Of a stretch of DNA of 64,000 nt, positions 1 to 12,314 are shown in pieces. The position numbers and the translations under genes are program-made. The stretch spans positions 2,124,919 through 2,188,918 of the forward strand of contig ML992503.1 of the NCBI GenBank assembly GCA_010093995.1, written 5' to 3'. A model generated the notes under the pieces. The model did not search any database and was not told where the DNA came from. It saw only the letters and a program-made list of their open reading frames with translations. The first letter of the stretch is position 1; each line of letters begins with the position of its first letter. Source of the DNA: Elsinoe ampelina. Taxonomy: Eukaryota.

Positions 1-3000
1 GCTTGCCCTCAATGCCCTCTTTTATGTTCTGCTGATTGTCAGTCATTCAACCACCAATATCTAAAAATTGAAACATACCTGTGGTAATTCAAGCCAGTCA
101 CTCGTGTTGTCCTTGGGGAAGACAACCATCTTCGCACCAGCACGCTTGGCTGCCACAGTCTTCTCCCGGAGACCGCCTATCCGAAGCACTTTGCCAGTTA
201 CTGTGAGCTCGCCCGTCATGGCAATCGTAGGGTCAATGGGCTTGTCCAATGCCAGTGAGAGCAGACTGGTGGCCATGGTGATACCTGCGCTGGGACCGTC
301 CTTCTGTACCGCACCTTCAGGACAATGCAAATGTATCCGCGCCTTGTCAAAGAATTTATTCTGTGGATAATTCCGTGCAATCAGACTCTTTGCGAATGAG
401 TATGCGATCTGTGTCGACTCCTTCATGACAGGTCGGAGGTTACCAGTTCGTTCAAAGCCAGGTCTCGAGTTGTATGCAAGAGCGCTCTCCAGTATCGATT
501 CGACGTACAAAGCAGCACCGCCCATTTGTGTCCATGCGAGCCCCATGGCAACTCCGGGTGGAGTCGTGTCGTACAATCTGTCGGCTGTGAAGATAGGTGG
601 GCCGACATAGTCCTTCAGGTTATCCTTTCCAATGCTAACATGCACACCTTCAGGCACTTTCAAGGCCACCCGTGGTGTCTCGGTCGTCTCCTTTTCCATC
701 TCAGACTCCGATGGCGTCTCCTTGACGTCCGTCTCATCCTTCTTGGATTGCTCCTGTGCGGCCTTGCCTTCTTCCGTTAATGCCTTCTCTTCGGACAAGA
801 CTTCCTCGCCCAGATCTTGGACAATCTTTAGCGCCGACTTTCGATAGACCTTCTCGATCTGCTTCTTCAAATTTCGCACACCGGACTCGCGACAGTATTT
901 GTTGATGAGCTCGGCAATGGCTTCCTTTTCGAGGTTGACATCAACATCCTTCAGTCCGCTAAGCTCCTTGGCTGCAGGTGCGAGATATCTCTCAGCAATC
1001 GCCATCTTCTCATCGGCCACGTAGCCAGACAGCTCAATCATCTCCATGCGATCCAGTAATGGCCGTGGAATGGTATCTGTCATGTTGGCGGTGCAAACGA
1101 AGAGCACTTTCGAGAGATCGACAGGGACATCCATGTAGTGGTCAAGGAACGAACTGTTCTGTTCCGGATCGAGCAGCTCCAGGAGTGCCGATGAAGGATC
1201 CCCCTGGTGCCCACGTCCAATTTTGTCCACTTCATCGATGAGCACGAGCGGGTTCTCTGTTTGGCATTTCTTCAAGGCTTGGATAATGCGACCTGGCAGT
1301 GCGCCAACGTACGTTCTCCGGTGACCCTTGATCTCAGCTACGTCGGTCAAGCCACCAACGCTGAAGCGATAGTACTGTCGGTTCAGAGCGCGTGCGATCG
1401 ACTTTCCGATACTGGTCTTTCCTACACCAGGCGGACCGACCATGCACAGGATCTTACCCTCGACTGTGCCGCGTAGCTTACCAACGGCGATGAACTCCAG
1501 AATGCGGTCCTTGACGTCCTTTAGGCCGTGGTGATCTTCATCCAAGACCTTCATGGCATTCTGAATCCCAAAGTTCTCAGCGCTCCTTTGACCCCAAGGA
1601 ATCTGCGTCAGCCAGTCCAGATAGTTCCTAGTCACGTTGAATTCGCTAGCGGCTGGCTCAAGATGCGCGAGCTTGTTAAGCTCCTCGTCGAACACCTTGC
1701 GAACAGCGTCAGGCATGGCAAGCTTGCCAGCACGCTCCTTGAACTTCTCCACCATCTTGTCCTTGCCATCGCTCTCGAGTCCAAGCTCGCGCTTGATACC
1801 CTTCATTTGCTCCATGAGCCAGTATTCACGTTGTCGCTTCTGGATCTTGCTCTCCACATCTTTGCTGATCTTTGAGCTGAGTTGCGCGTTCATGTGCTCC
1901 CGCTTGATGACAGTCAAGGCCCTCCGCAGACGCTCCTCGATGTCCAAGCTTGCGAGAACTCCTTGTGCCTCCTCCATCTCGCCGCCAGAAATCGCTGCAG
2001 CGAAATCGGCAAGCTTTGCCGGATCGTCCGCAATGTTGGCAGCCGTCTGTGACATGGCAAATGCCGACACATGATCTCTGAATAGTGGGTTGACTGTAGC
2101 AATTTCCTTGCAAGTGTTGACAATCTCCGAGACAAAGGCACGAATTGTCGCCGAGCTCTTGTCTATCGGCCCGTCCACAAGATTTTCGGTCTTGACAAGA
2201 CTGACTGGCCATGATCGGAGGAAAGACGTGGGCTCATACTGCGATACCTGCTTCTGCTGTTCCTGTCGTTGCTGTTGCGCCTCGGCCGATTCCTCGAAGC
2301 TTGCCACGACATCACCTTGCTTATCAGTCGCTGTCGGTGATGCAGGAGCGCTTTCGCCTTGAGTTACTGTGTCGGTTCCCTCCGTGAACGTTGCGGTTGC
2401 AGCCTTCTCGCCGTCGCTGGATGCTGACGCCGCGGAGCGATTTGGTGGTATCAGCTCGGTGAGCTTGATTCTGCGATGCGGATAGAGAACCGCCTGGAGT
2501 GCCTTCTCCTCTCCGTGGCCTGCCGAGAAGGCTCCAGTGATCTGACAGAAAGTGCCAACATCGTAGACTTCATCGGGGCTGTCGATGACGTCTTTGCTGG
2601 ACTCCGGATCCTTGAGCAGGAAGGCGCCAACATATGACTGCCCCCTCTTCACCAGCTCATTCACCGCGCTGATGACGTTCGGGTCCCGGATGGTGATGGC
2701 CTTGTAGAATCCCGGAAAGAGAGGTCGTTGAGCGATAGGTATAGCCATGACTTGAGGGTAGACATCGGGTACTTGTGGTTTCGTCAGGCTCTTCTCGCTC
2801 TTTCTTCTCCCTCTGCCGCCCCCTTCATTACCACCCGACCCAGACTCACCACCCGCGCCTCCGGCTACAGCTCCTCGACCATCAGGTGGCGGTATGGGCG
2901 CTGGATCTGATGATCTGCTCTTCGCGCTCACAATATCCTCCTCCGACTTTGCTGTGTCCGTTGTCTCATCCTCTCTCTTCTCGAAGTCCTCATCCTTGTC

Positions 3001-3213
3001 CGACTTCGGAGATGCCTTCTCTTTCCGCCGTGGCACCGAGGAGGCAAAGGTCCGGCTTGAGCAAATGTCTATTCGGGCGCCAGCATGCCGTAATGATACA
3101 AAAGAGGAGGCAGCTCGGATATGTGGAGTCCTAGTGCAAAGACATCGGTTCGCGGCGGTATTTGATTGTCGATAGGCTTGATGAACGAGATTCGGCCATC
3201 TCCTGTTCAACAT
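1..3213 (-). CDS. PIM1: Mitochondrial Lon protease (3' end runs off the window); intron 29-78
   Basis: Arg-rich presequence, Lon N domain (PLFPGFYKAI), Walker A GPPGVGKT, Walker B LIDEVDK, catalytic DGPSAG and GGLREK. Intron GTATGT...CTGAC...CAG rejoins the frame to NIKEGIEGK. Confidence 0.96.
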
Positions 3214-3611
3214 GCTAGATGACTGGTGAAGTTGCTGTGGATGTGAGATAAGACCTAGGGAAGTATGATCTAGCAGAGGAGGGGCCGAAAGGGCGAGGTT
3301 GCGTGGATGGATGTCGAGTATGTGTGGCGGCGAGTCGAAGCTTTGAAATCGAGTAGCGCGATCTACTTGCCAAACTACCTTAAGAATCTACATGGTCGTG
3401 ACGTATCTGAAATCGTCGGCCTTGGCACGAACCACTCCACACAAAACAATGAACTACTCGATCGGATTTGGAAGATCATGGAAGAAATGCTTGCTACTGC
3501 TATTGCGCCGGCGGCGCCCTAAAACGCCATAGCCATCATCGACCACCAGCGGGTATCTTCTACGTGCAACTCAGAGACGGTCAAAATGCGTTCTCCGGTC
3601 ATGATAATGGA

Positions 3612-5465
3612 TTAGTCGTCTTTGCCGCTTTTGCCCCTGGCTCTGACACCTTCTCCGACAAATCTTCCACTGCCCTCGGCTGTGACATCTTCCGTCCTGC
3701 GGCCTCTTTCCTCCTCATCTCTTTCCTCGTCCTCGTCGCCACCAATCTCGAAGCTGTCCGCCATTTCTATCAGATCACCAATTCCGGTCGGTCCACCCAC
3801 AGGCGGAGCACCCCGTTTCGAGCCCGGAGTGCTCTCGTTCTGATCCATTGCAGTTTGAGCACGACTTGCCATCTTCCGGATCCAGCTCTCCACGGCGGCT
3901 CCGACATTCTCCAAGCCTTGAGATGCGGATGGGGTGAGAGTACCACTTCCAAGCCTGCTACCGTTGGGATAAGGACTCGTAGATCTGCTGGGATCATCCG
4001 GGTAGAGTGGTATGTCTGGCAGGTACAGATTCTGCTGATTCGGGGGCGGTGCCACGTTCGGTAATTTGGCGGCAAAGAATTTGTTGAGAGGATCTTGTGC
4101 AGGTCCGGGTGATCGAACGTCCTTGGCCATGGTGCCCACGCCTCCAGGGCCAGTCAAGTAGGAGGGGAAGTATCCGTTACTGGCATTTGAGGTGCGGCGC
4201 GGTCGTCGAGGTCGCTGTGGAGGATCCGAACGCAGCGGTGATAGTGAGGCTACAGCATTTGGTGATGGATTGTCAAAATATGTCTGACGATTGATGTCAA
4301 GGCTCGTGCTTGGTGTGTCAAGATCGGAATATGATTGTGACTTTCGTCTCGCAGGAGGAAAGTAGCCTAAAGCTCTTCGCGGAAGTCGAGCTATTTCTGT
4401 CGGTTTCGTCGAATTGGGGAGCAAGACCCAGGAGTCATGAGTCCATGGCGGATCCGAATCTGCATTCGATGATCGTACCGAAGGCGGTGGTCGCTCCGAT
4501 GTGTTTGAGGTTGTCGAATCTGTCCTTCGATGGCTGTGTACTCCATTGGCTCTGGGTGTCGGAAGGTCTGAAGTATCCTTGTCCACCTTCTCAGGCTCGA
4601 ACATCAGGTCTGCTTCATTCTCCGACACTGGCCTTCCTTTGCTGGTACATGCATCGACCGGAAGTGTCAAGACTCTCCGAACCTGCACCTTGTCATTCGG
4701 CCACATTCGGTTGGCTTTCCGTAGTACATTGGCATTGCAGCCATAGCGTATGGTGATACCTGCCAGCGTGTCGTCTGGCTTGACATTGTGTAGATACACC
4801 AAAGCATCTCTGTCTTCGTTCGCGCCAGGCGGTGCCGAAGATGATATGCCCTCATCAGATGTCCTTCTCTTGAACTTCCCAAGTGAGTCCGGGTAACTTG
4901 ATGATGCCCCTGACAGCAAATCCTTTCTCTTCTGTGCCCTTACCAATGCTTCCCGTTCTTCCTGAGACCCTGTCGCGATGTACGTAGAGGGCGAAGTAGT
5001 TGAAGGAGCCTGAGGACCCCATGACGACTGTGCCGGTCGAACCAGGAGCTTCCCTGGCGGTATGGCTTTTGAATTCTTTCGTCGATGTGCTTGTTGTGGT
5101 GTGCTTTGCTCTCCAATCAAGTCATTGGCGATGCCTTGTATTGCATTCCATGATGTGCCCCATAGACTTGCAAAAGACACATTGGAAGCAGCTGCACTAG
5201 CTGCCCTCCTCGAGCTCGAGTCAGACCTTGGAGCGCTTGTTATCTCGTTCCTCCGATGACCCAATGCTGAACTTGTCCTCGACGATGGCCCATTCTTGAA
5301 AGGAGACCCATTGCGGGAATGCGGCGGTGATCGACTGCTCGGTTTGCTGCCGGGACGAGAGGAAGAGCCAGTACTCTCACCGGTATCGCTCAGCCCAGAA
5401 ATGAGTCGAGGAGCTCGTGGACGGAGCGAGGCAGAAGGGGTTGAGCTTGTCCGCGACGTACTCAT
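3612..5465 (-). CDS. Intracellular LysM (CBM50) domain protein, Ser/Pro-rich
   Basis: 617-aa ORF with LysM motif YLHNVKPDDTLAGITIRYGCNANVLRKANRMW...LTLP and no signal peptide. Confidence 0.85.
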   Translation of the reverse strand: MSTSRTSSTPSASLRPRAPRLISGLSDTGESTGSSSRPGSKPSSRSPPHSRNGSPFKNGPSSRTSSALGHRRNEITSAPRSDSSSRRAASAAASNVSFASLWGTSWNAIQGIANDLIGEQSTPQQAHRRKNSKAIPPGKLLVRPAQSSWGPQAPSTTSPSTYIATGSQEEREALVRAQKRKDLLSGASSSYPDSLGKFKRRTSDEGISSSAPPGANEDRDALVYLHNVKPDDTLAGITIRYGCNANVLRKANRMWPNDKVQVRRVLTLPVDACTSKGRPVSENEADLMFEPEKVDKDTSDLPTPRANGVHSHRRTDSTTSNTSERPPPSVRSSNADSDPPWTHDSWVLLPNSTKPTEIARLPRRALGYFPPARRKSQSYSDLDTPSTSLDINRQTYFDNPSPNAVASLSPLRSDPPQRPRRPRRTSNASNGYFPSYLTGPGGVGTMAKDVRSPGPAQDPLNKFFAAKLPNVAPPPNQQNLYLPDIPLYPDDPSRSTSPYPNGSRLGSGTLTPSASQGLENVGAAVESWIRKMASRAQTAMDQNESTPGSKRGAPPVGGPTGIGDLIEMADSFEIGGDEDEERDEEERGRRTEDVTAEGSGRFVGEGVRARGKSGKDD

Positions 5466-5781
5466 GGCCGCGTGGATTGTGCTTCATCCGGACATTGACG
5501 GTCATGGCCAGGATTAAGAGGATAGCATAGCTCGAATTGTGATCCAAAAGCTCCAGAATAGCCGCGTGTCGGGAAGATGATGTGGTTGCTAGTCGGGACG
5601 ACGTTTCGAATGTCTAAGATTGGGGAGGGCCACCTGGTCATCGGCCTTCTTGTCAAGACCCCCACGTCAACAGCCCCGGTCTGAGACGCAAGATAGGGCC
5701 AAGGGGACGCTCATGTGGCCCCAGCCTCGGTTGCCCTCGACAGTGCGGAGTTTCTTCCTCCTTACGCATGACTTGCTTAAT

Positions 5782-7456
5782 ATGAGCAATGTGGACGGTC
5801 AAGTCGGGGCTGCAGACCATGATAATCATGATGCGGCAGACGAGACGACAGCATTGCTACACGCTGCAGTCGACGACGATGATCAGCCCACCGTGACCAG
5901 ACGCGAGCTGTGGTCATATTACCTCTACTACAATGGTGACAACGGAGTCAGTCCTCAAAGCTATTCCTTAGCAATGTAGGTTTACAGGTCATAAAAGGTA
6001 TCTTTCATCTCATATTGTCAGCTTCCAGAGCGTCCTGACCGCAGCTGGACATGACCCTACCATCTTCCCACCACAAGCGGGCAATTGCACAACAGGTCCC
6101 TGTGTGATACCATGGGGATCGAGCAGCCACAATGTTAGCTCCATCCTACTCCTCGCCAACGGCTTCTGCTTCACCGTCATGACAGCCATGTTCCTCTGCC
6201 TAGGAAGCGCCGCCGACTACGGCTCCCTCGGTCCCAAGCTACTCCTCTACCTAACCATAACCTGCTGGATCGCCCAATACAGCTTCATGGCAGTCACCGA
6301 TGCCAGCCAATGGCCACTAGCCATGCTCCTCTACACAACCAGCTACATCACCTACGGCGCCACCCTCGTCTTCTACGCGGCCATCTTCCCTCGTCTAGCC
6401 CGGTACACCCCCTCCGTCCGCCACGCCCGCTCCACCCTCCTCCCCGCCTCCCAAATCACCCTCCACGACTACAACACACTCGAATCCCTCTCCCGCTCCC
6501 ACATCTCCAACATCTCCACCGCGCACTCCAACATAGGCTACCTCCTCGTCCTCCTCCTCAACCTCACCATCCTCATCCCCCTCTCCTCCCACCCCTACGC
6601 CAACAACCTCGCCCTCCTCCTCACAACAACCTACTTCCTCCTCCTCGGCCTCCCCTGGTTCATCTTCCAGCAACCCCGCCCCGGCCCCGCTCTCCCCAAA
6701 CCCACCTCCTACCTCCGCGCCACCATATCCCATCTCTCCCTCGCCCTGCGCTCGGCCAAACACCTCCCGCAAACCTTCCTCTACCTGTCGAGTTTCTTCC
6801 TCCTCTCCGACGGACTAAACACCACCTCCACCCTGATTTCCATCCTGCAGAACGACACCATCCACTTTTCGTTCCTGCACCTCACGTACCTGGGCTTGTC
6901 GCAGGCTCTCACTTCCACCGTTTCAACCCTGGCTTTCGACTGGGTGCAACGCCGCTTCTGCGTCCCGCCCAAACGCCTCTTCCAGGTGACGAATCTCTTC
7001 TCCGTGCTCATCCCCGCGTATGGCTGTCTGGCTCTGTCGCCTTCAGCTGTGGGACGGCCGGGCATGGGGTATACTACCCTGGCCAGCTTTGTGCTGTATA
7101 ATATTCTCTTTGGACTGTTTCAGGCGCCGTATTATGCTTACTCTCAGACGCTGATGGCGGAGTTGACCCCGAGAGGCTATGAAGGCGTGTTCTTTGGTTT
7201 GTTCGGGACGATGAATAGGGCTTCGTCCGTGGTGGGGCCGAATGTGTTATTTGCCATCACGGAAGGGACGGGGAGGAGGGAGTGGGGATTCGTCTTTTTG
7301 ACGGGGCTGACGGCGCTGGCCAGTCTGGTCATTTGCGTCGTGGACGTGGACAAGGGGAGACAGGATTGCAGACGGTTTGTGGGTGAGAAGGTAGGTGATG
7401 GTCACGTGCAAGCCGGGGAGGCCGACGAGAGCGAGATCCACGCAGAGATTGGATGA
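5782..7456 (+). CDS. ATG22: Vacuolar MFS amino-acid efflux transporter, Atg22 family; intron 5976-6021
   Basis: Atg22-type motifs VTRRELWSYYLYYNGDNG, GSAADYG, FLLSDG and AELTPRGYEGVFFGLF, with many TM segments. Intron GTAGGT...CAG joins the exons in frame. Confidence 0.85.
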
Positions 7457-7617
7457 AGGACACGAGAAACACGACGCATTCATTCGTTCGTCTATCGTCA
7501 TCAAAGCAAACCCGCAAAAAACACCCGGCCAACAGAATCCCATCATCGTCCTTCCATTACCGACCTCACCTTCACCATGTCTGCGAAGCACACTCGGTCG
7601 CTACTGTCCACAACCGA

Positions 7618-8230
7618 TCAGGTGTATTGCCAGGCACCAATCCCTCCGGTCCACTTCTGCCACTTGGCCTGGAAGCACAAACAATTCTGTCCGGTGAATC
7701 CCGGCGTCTCGGCGAAAACTTGCCACTGACCTGGCTGACCCTGGACCGGGCAAGCAGCGAAGCCGGCACCACTGGGTCCGCGATAGCTGCCGTCAGAGTA
7801 TGCAGCGAGATCGGAGGAGTAGTAGTCGGGCCTGAAAGAAGAGTGGGCCTGAGTGTAAGCTAGGGCGCCAGATTTCTGAACGAAAGTTGCTTGACCGCCG
7901 GGGACCATTGCGTACTGGGAAGTGTCAGCAGATTTATCACGGAGACAAGCTGCAGAAGAGACATACCATTGCTCCGTTGAGCAGAACCGTGTCGGTAGTG
8001 TTGGGGCAGGAGCTGCCGACCTGGACTGGGCAGTAGCTTGAGGGGCTTTGAGGGCCGAGGAAAAAGCGTTGACCAGCCGCCTGGATCTTGAGCTTGTCGA
8101 TGGGAGAGTTGGGACGAGAGGCGATGAGAGTGAACGGTGGCTGTTGATTTTGACGCTTCTCCATGTCGAGCGGGGTGGCAGTGCCCAGTGCGGCGAGGAT
8201 CAGGATGGAGGTGATGGTCGAGAGATGCAT
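7618..8230 (-). CDS. Small secreted Cys-containing protein (fungal IgE-binding/cell-wall protein-like); intron 7915-7966
   Basis: Signal peptide MHLSTITSILILAALGTA, KR processing site, and motifs SYCP, VPGGQ, YTQAHS, GFAACP and C-terminal AWQYT. Confidence 0.8.
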
Positions 8231-9036
8231 TGTGAGGCTGCTGATATGGTTGATGCAGAGATGAATGCTGATTTTGTTCAAGTGTTGCTGCAATGAAGCT
8301 GATGGTTGTTGATGGAATAGTGGTGAGGATGGTGAAGAAGATATAGAAAATCTTAGGAACTCAGGCTGATGTAGGATGAAAGTCGAACGGAGCACTGCAG
8401 CGTTGCACTTACCTTGATATTTGGAATGGTCGTTCTCAGCAAGAAAGAGAAGTAGCGATGGGATGCTGCTTCTGTGACGCTGAAGCGACAGACACCACGT
8501 CAATATCTGTCAGCACGGGGCGAACTCCGTCCGTAAAGACTGCGCTTCGCATGAGATCGAGCATAATCCATGGACCGTCGGTTGAATGTGCTTGTTAGGT
8601 AAACACAATTCTGCGATGTGAATTGCAAACGAATGTGACCATAGAGCGGTAATGCAACTTCAGAAGATCGAACCTCGTATGCGACGCAACGCCATGCGAT
8701 GTACCCTTGTCACAGCTCGAGGTCCCCAGTCGCACATGACGAGGCGCGGGCCCTGTCGTTGTGCTAGCCAGTTGTCGCAACACCTCCCTCAGTAGCACTC
8801 CAGCTTCGTGTATTCTGCAGCTGCCACCTCTACTGCTTCAAGGGTAAAGACAAGCTCTTCAGGGACAAATCTGACATGACAGGGTATCATTTCATCAGCT
8901 ACATATCGTAAAGCTCATCCGAAGCGACCGCACGTGTTGCTGAACCCTATTTTATTTCCTCGCCCCTACCGTGCATAGTGATGTAGTGTCTGGATCGACG
9001 TCGTGATTCGTGGTACCGTAGCATTCGATGATAGTC

Positions 9037-10526
9037 TCATTCGAAAAGGAAGCTGGCAGCTGCATCGACATTGCCGTCCGTCGCTTGAAGTGCATTAATG
9101 GCTTCTTGTCTGCTCATGCCCATGCTGACCAGAGCATCGATGGCCTCTTTCGGAAATGGAGACGACGCTGCCGCCGGCGCGGAACCTGTCGGGGCGGCAG
9201 GAGTCTGCTGGACGTTCGGAGGAAGCTGGCCCAGTGTCTGACCCCGTCCACTAAAATTACTTGCAGGAGTCGAAGTATTCGCCGTCGATGAAGATGCGGC
9301 AGGACGGATGGTGCCAGTCTCAGTGCCAATTTTCGTGCCGTTGGGGCCGTCGACCGTGGGTTCGTCAGCTCGATCGTCCTCCTGACTCTTCGGGATTTCG
9401 CTCTCTGGCAGAAAGTCGATCTCCTCATTTGGCAGGATGAGCTTGTTCTTCTTGAGGTCGATGTTGACTTGGTACTTCTTGAGCATATCCAGGCCGAGCA
9501 AGAGATCGACTGACTTTCCCTCCATGACCATGAAGCTGCATGGGAGGAAATGGCTTCCGATGTGGAGATCCGCCGAGTGTACCCTTCCGAGAATCTTGGC
9601 TGTGCCGACGCCTCTAGCGATGCCTGCATATCTCCTGTCTATCAGCCGCATGATATTGCAGGCTTCTGCACAGGACGGTGACATGACAGTCATCTGAGCC
9701 CCACTGTCGACCAGGACCTTGATGTGGTGGCCGTTGATCGCGGCGTCGATGTAGAGCATAGTTACGGCTGCGAACGCTGTATCATTGTCAACACATATGC
9801 CGTGATGATCAGTGAAAGATCAACTCACATTCCGGATTATGCTCGTGCGCATATTGAAGGTTGGCGGTGACATTCTCTTGCCTGATCATCTCCTCAATCT
9901 TCATTTGCGCCTCCACATTGAAGGGATCCTCGTTGAGAAGCTGCATCTGGCGCTCGCGCTCTTCGTTCCTCCTCCTGTCTTCTGCCATACGGGCCTCGAA
10001 CCTTTGTCGGAACTGTGCGGGGTCGTTGATGACTTCAGCGAGCTCAGGGGCTTGAGCGCGGATCTGCTCGAGCTGGCCTCTGTTGTTCAGGCACGCAATG
10101 CGCAGTCCCTCGATGTTGGCCGTTGGTGCGTCTGTTTGACCTCCTGCTCGTGACGGTGCTTGTCTTGAAGCTTGTGGTCTCTCTTGTCCCGATGTGATCA
10201 TCACAGCCAGCATGTCACCATCCTTAACTCCTACCGTTTCAAGCGTGGTGTTGTCGTCGGTGAGTGGTCTGCCGTCGTAAAACAGCTGTTGCTTTGCTGG
10301 CTCGAAAGAGGTCTCGGCTTGAATGTAGCTCTTGAGGTCGGCAAGAGTGAAAGAAGAGGATACGTCGATCTCGAGGAGATCCTGGTCGACATCTTGATTC
10401 GTTGCCGTGACATTTATGACGAAGCGAGGCCTGTGGTAACAAGGAGGTCAGCAGTCCGTCCGAAATTCAAGGATGAGCGAACGAATTCCATTTCAAGGTG
10501 CAACCTGAGACAAGGACTACTCACAT
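9037..10526 (-). CDS. DDI1: DNA damage-inducible aspartic protease (UBL-RVP-UBA); introns 10431-10524 and ~9777-9829
   Basis: Reconstructed UBL MPRFVINV...LFYDGRPL..TLETVGVKDGDML, HDD region (LLNEDPFNVEAQ), retroviral-protease motif VDSGAQ and C-terminal UBA (LVSMG). Confidence 0.93.
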
Positions 10527-12314
10527 GTTGATTTGGAAGTGCTGTGAGTAGGGCCGACCTTGCTTTGTTATGGATGGATGCAGGTGGCTCGAATAGGAAA
10601 TGTGAAGTGATGAATGTATGGACGAGAAGAGGAATGACGGCTAGTCGAGAGAAGAGCTCAGCAAATCAATGACTAGTATCCCTGCAGGCTGCACTGTGGC
10701 CACGTTGTAGCTGTCACCGAGACATGGTGATAGTTCGGAGCGTCTTAGTCAACAATTTGGAGCTTCAAAGAAGGTGATGGAAGGTGAATGGCCACGCCAG
10801 CAGCGGATGGAGTGAGGCCGACTTTATGCAACTGGTGAGGGCAAGCGTCAACTGTGTGAGTGATGATTTGACAGTGGGAAGAGCGGTCTGCAAGTGAAAA
10901 ATAATTGGTCGTCGATATGCAGAGATGGATTCAGCTGCAGGGTGGAGCGCAGAGAAATGCAACCTGGAGAGAGCATGCGAGCATGAGATCATCTCGAGAT
11001 GCAGCTTGCCGTCCCGCACTCCGGGCTGTGACCGAGGACCGGCGGACCCTCACGCCTGTTGTGCTTGAGCTGTTGAGTGAACGACTCGTCTTCTGCAGCC
11101 GCACCATGTGGATACTGTACAGGCAGGTACGTTACGAGCTTGATCTTTCCTTTGAGGGAGAGGAAGTGACAGTCTTGTCTCTGCTTCGCAGGATGAACCT
11201 GCTTCGATATCACGTCTTAATATATAGTCGGATCACACTGTCTGCGTGCATCCCATTCTCATTCACACTCCAACTTATGATCCATCGCAAACACCATCGT
11301 ACCACTGTCTCTCATGTCTTTGCATCAACCACCAGGCTATCAGACCATCAGACTTCTCTGCTCGCGCAGCGGCTGTCTCACGCGACGCGACGCGACGGTG
11401 GACAACCAGACGAACGCAAGCACTACAGCGTAGTCATCATTGGTCTTTGTGCAGCACAGGATGGATACAACCAGGTGGGTCCTCAATGATGAACAGTCAG
11501 AAACTACACCTAATAGTTGTGGTTTTGATGTTTTGAACATCGTTAACCCTCTATTGATGCAGTTTCTATTGTTCTGAGAGGTTCCACAATTTTAGTCAGC
11601 TTCGGCTGGCACCCAATTTTTTGCTTCCGCAGGTCAGATCTTCTTTCGAATCAACGATTGTCCAGCTTCCGGTCGAAAGCACAACGTAATAACGAACGAG
11701 TTGGAGTTTGGATGTCAAGGATGACGGGGCTTTGAGTAGCGCACGTTCCCACATGCAGTCGCGACCTCAATGAAATGTCAATCTTCCAAAACTTCTGCGT
11801 GCTCGCTGTGATATGAAGATCGGCTCGTGGCAAGAAAGAACATACCCAGATTGAGAAGTATGTGCGACAGACTCAAAGGACTAGTTCATAAGCATGGACT
11901 CAAAGACTTGATTATTTGAAGCGGTGTTTGTCATGTTATAAACTCGTCTGAACTTGCCCTGACCTTGATGACATGCATGTGATTCGACAGGAATTGCGGG
12001 GCAGAACAAGGCACGCGACTCATGGGCACTGCTCAGAGGTGGAAATGCCCCGCCACGCTTCCAAGTCGAGACAGGACCGAGCCGTCATTCAGGATGACAC
12101 CAGGTCTTGCCGCCGTCTGCATCTCTCTCTATCGCTTCGACCAACTCGACGGAAAACGTAATTTCGACCTGCATATGTATCACAACCCGACACTGCACCT
12201 GCACTCGTACACCTTGCATACTTGATCACCTCATCCAATCACGTTTCCCTGCTTTGCAGGCTCAAGGCATGGTTTGACGAGGACAGCCATTGACCACGCG
12301 ACCTCTTCACCGTC

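Noticed and set aside
10700..12200. Long DDI1-GNAT intergenic region with short ORFs (e.g. 10905-11489)
   Set aside because: Some protein-like fragments occur near 10780-11130, but there is no recognisable motif or consistent gene model.
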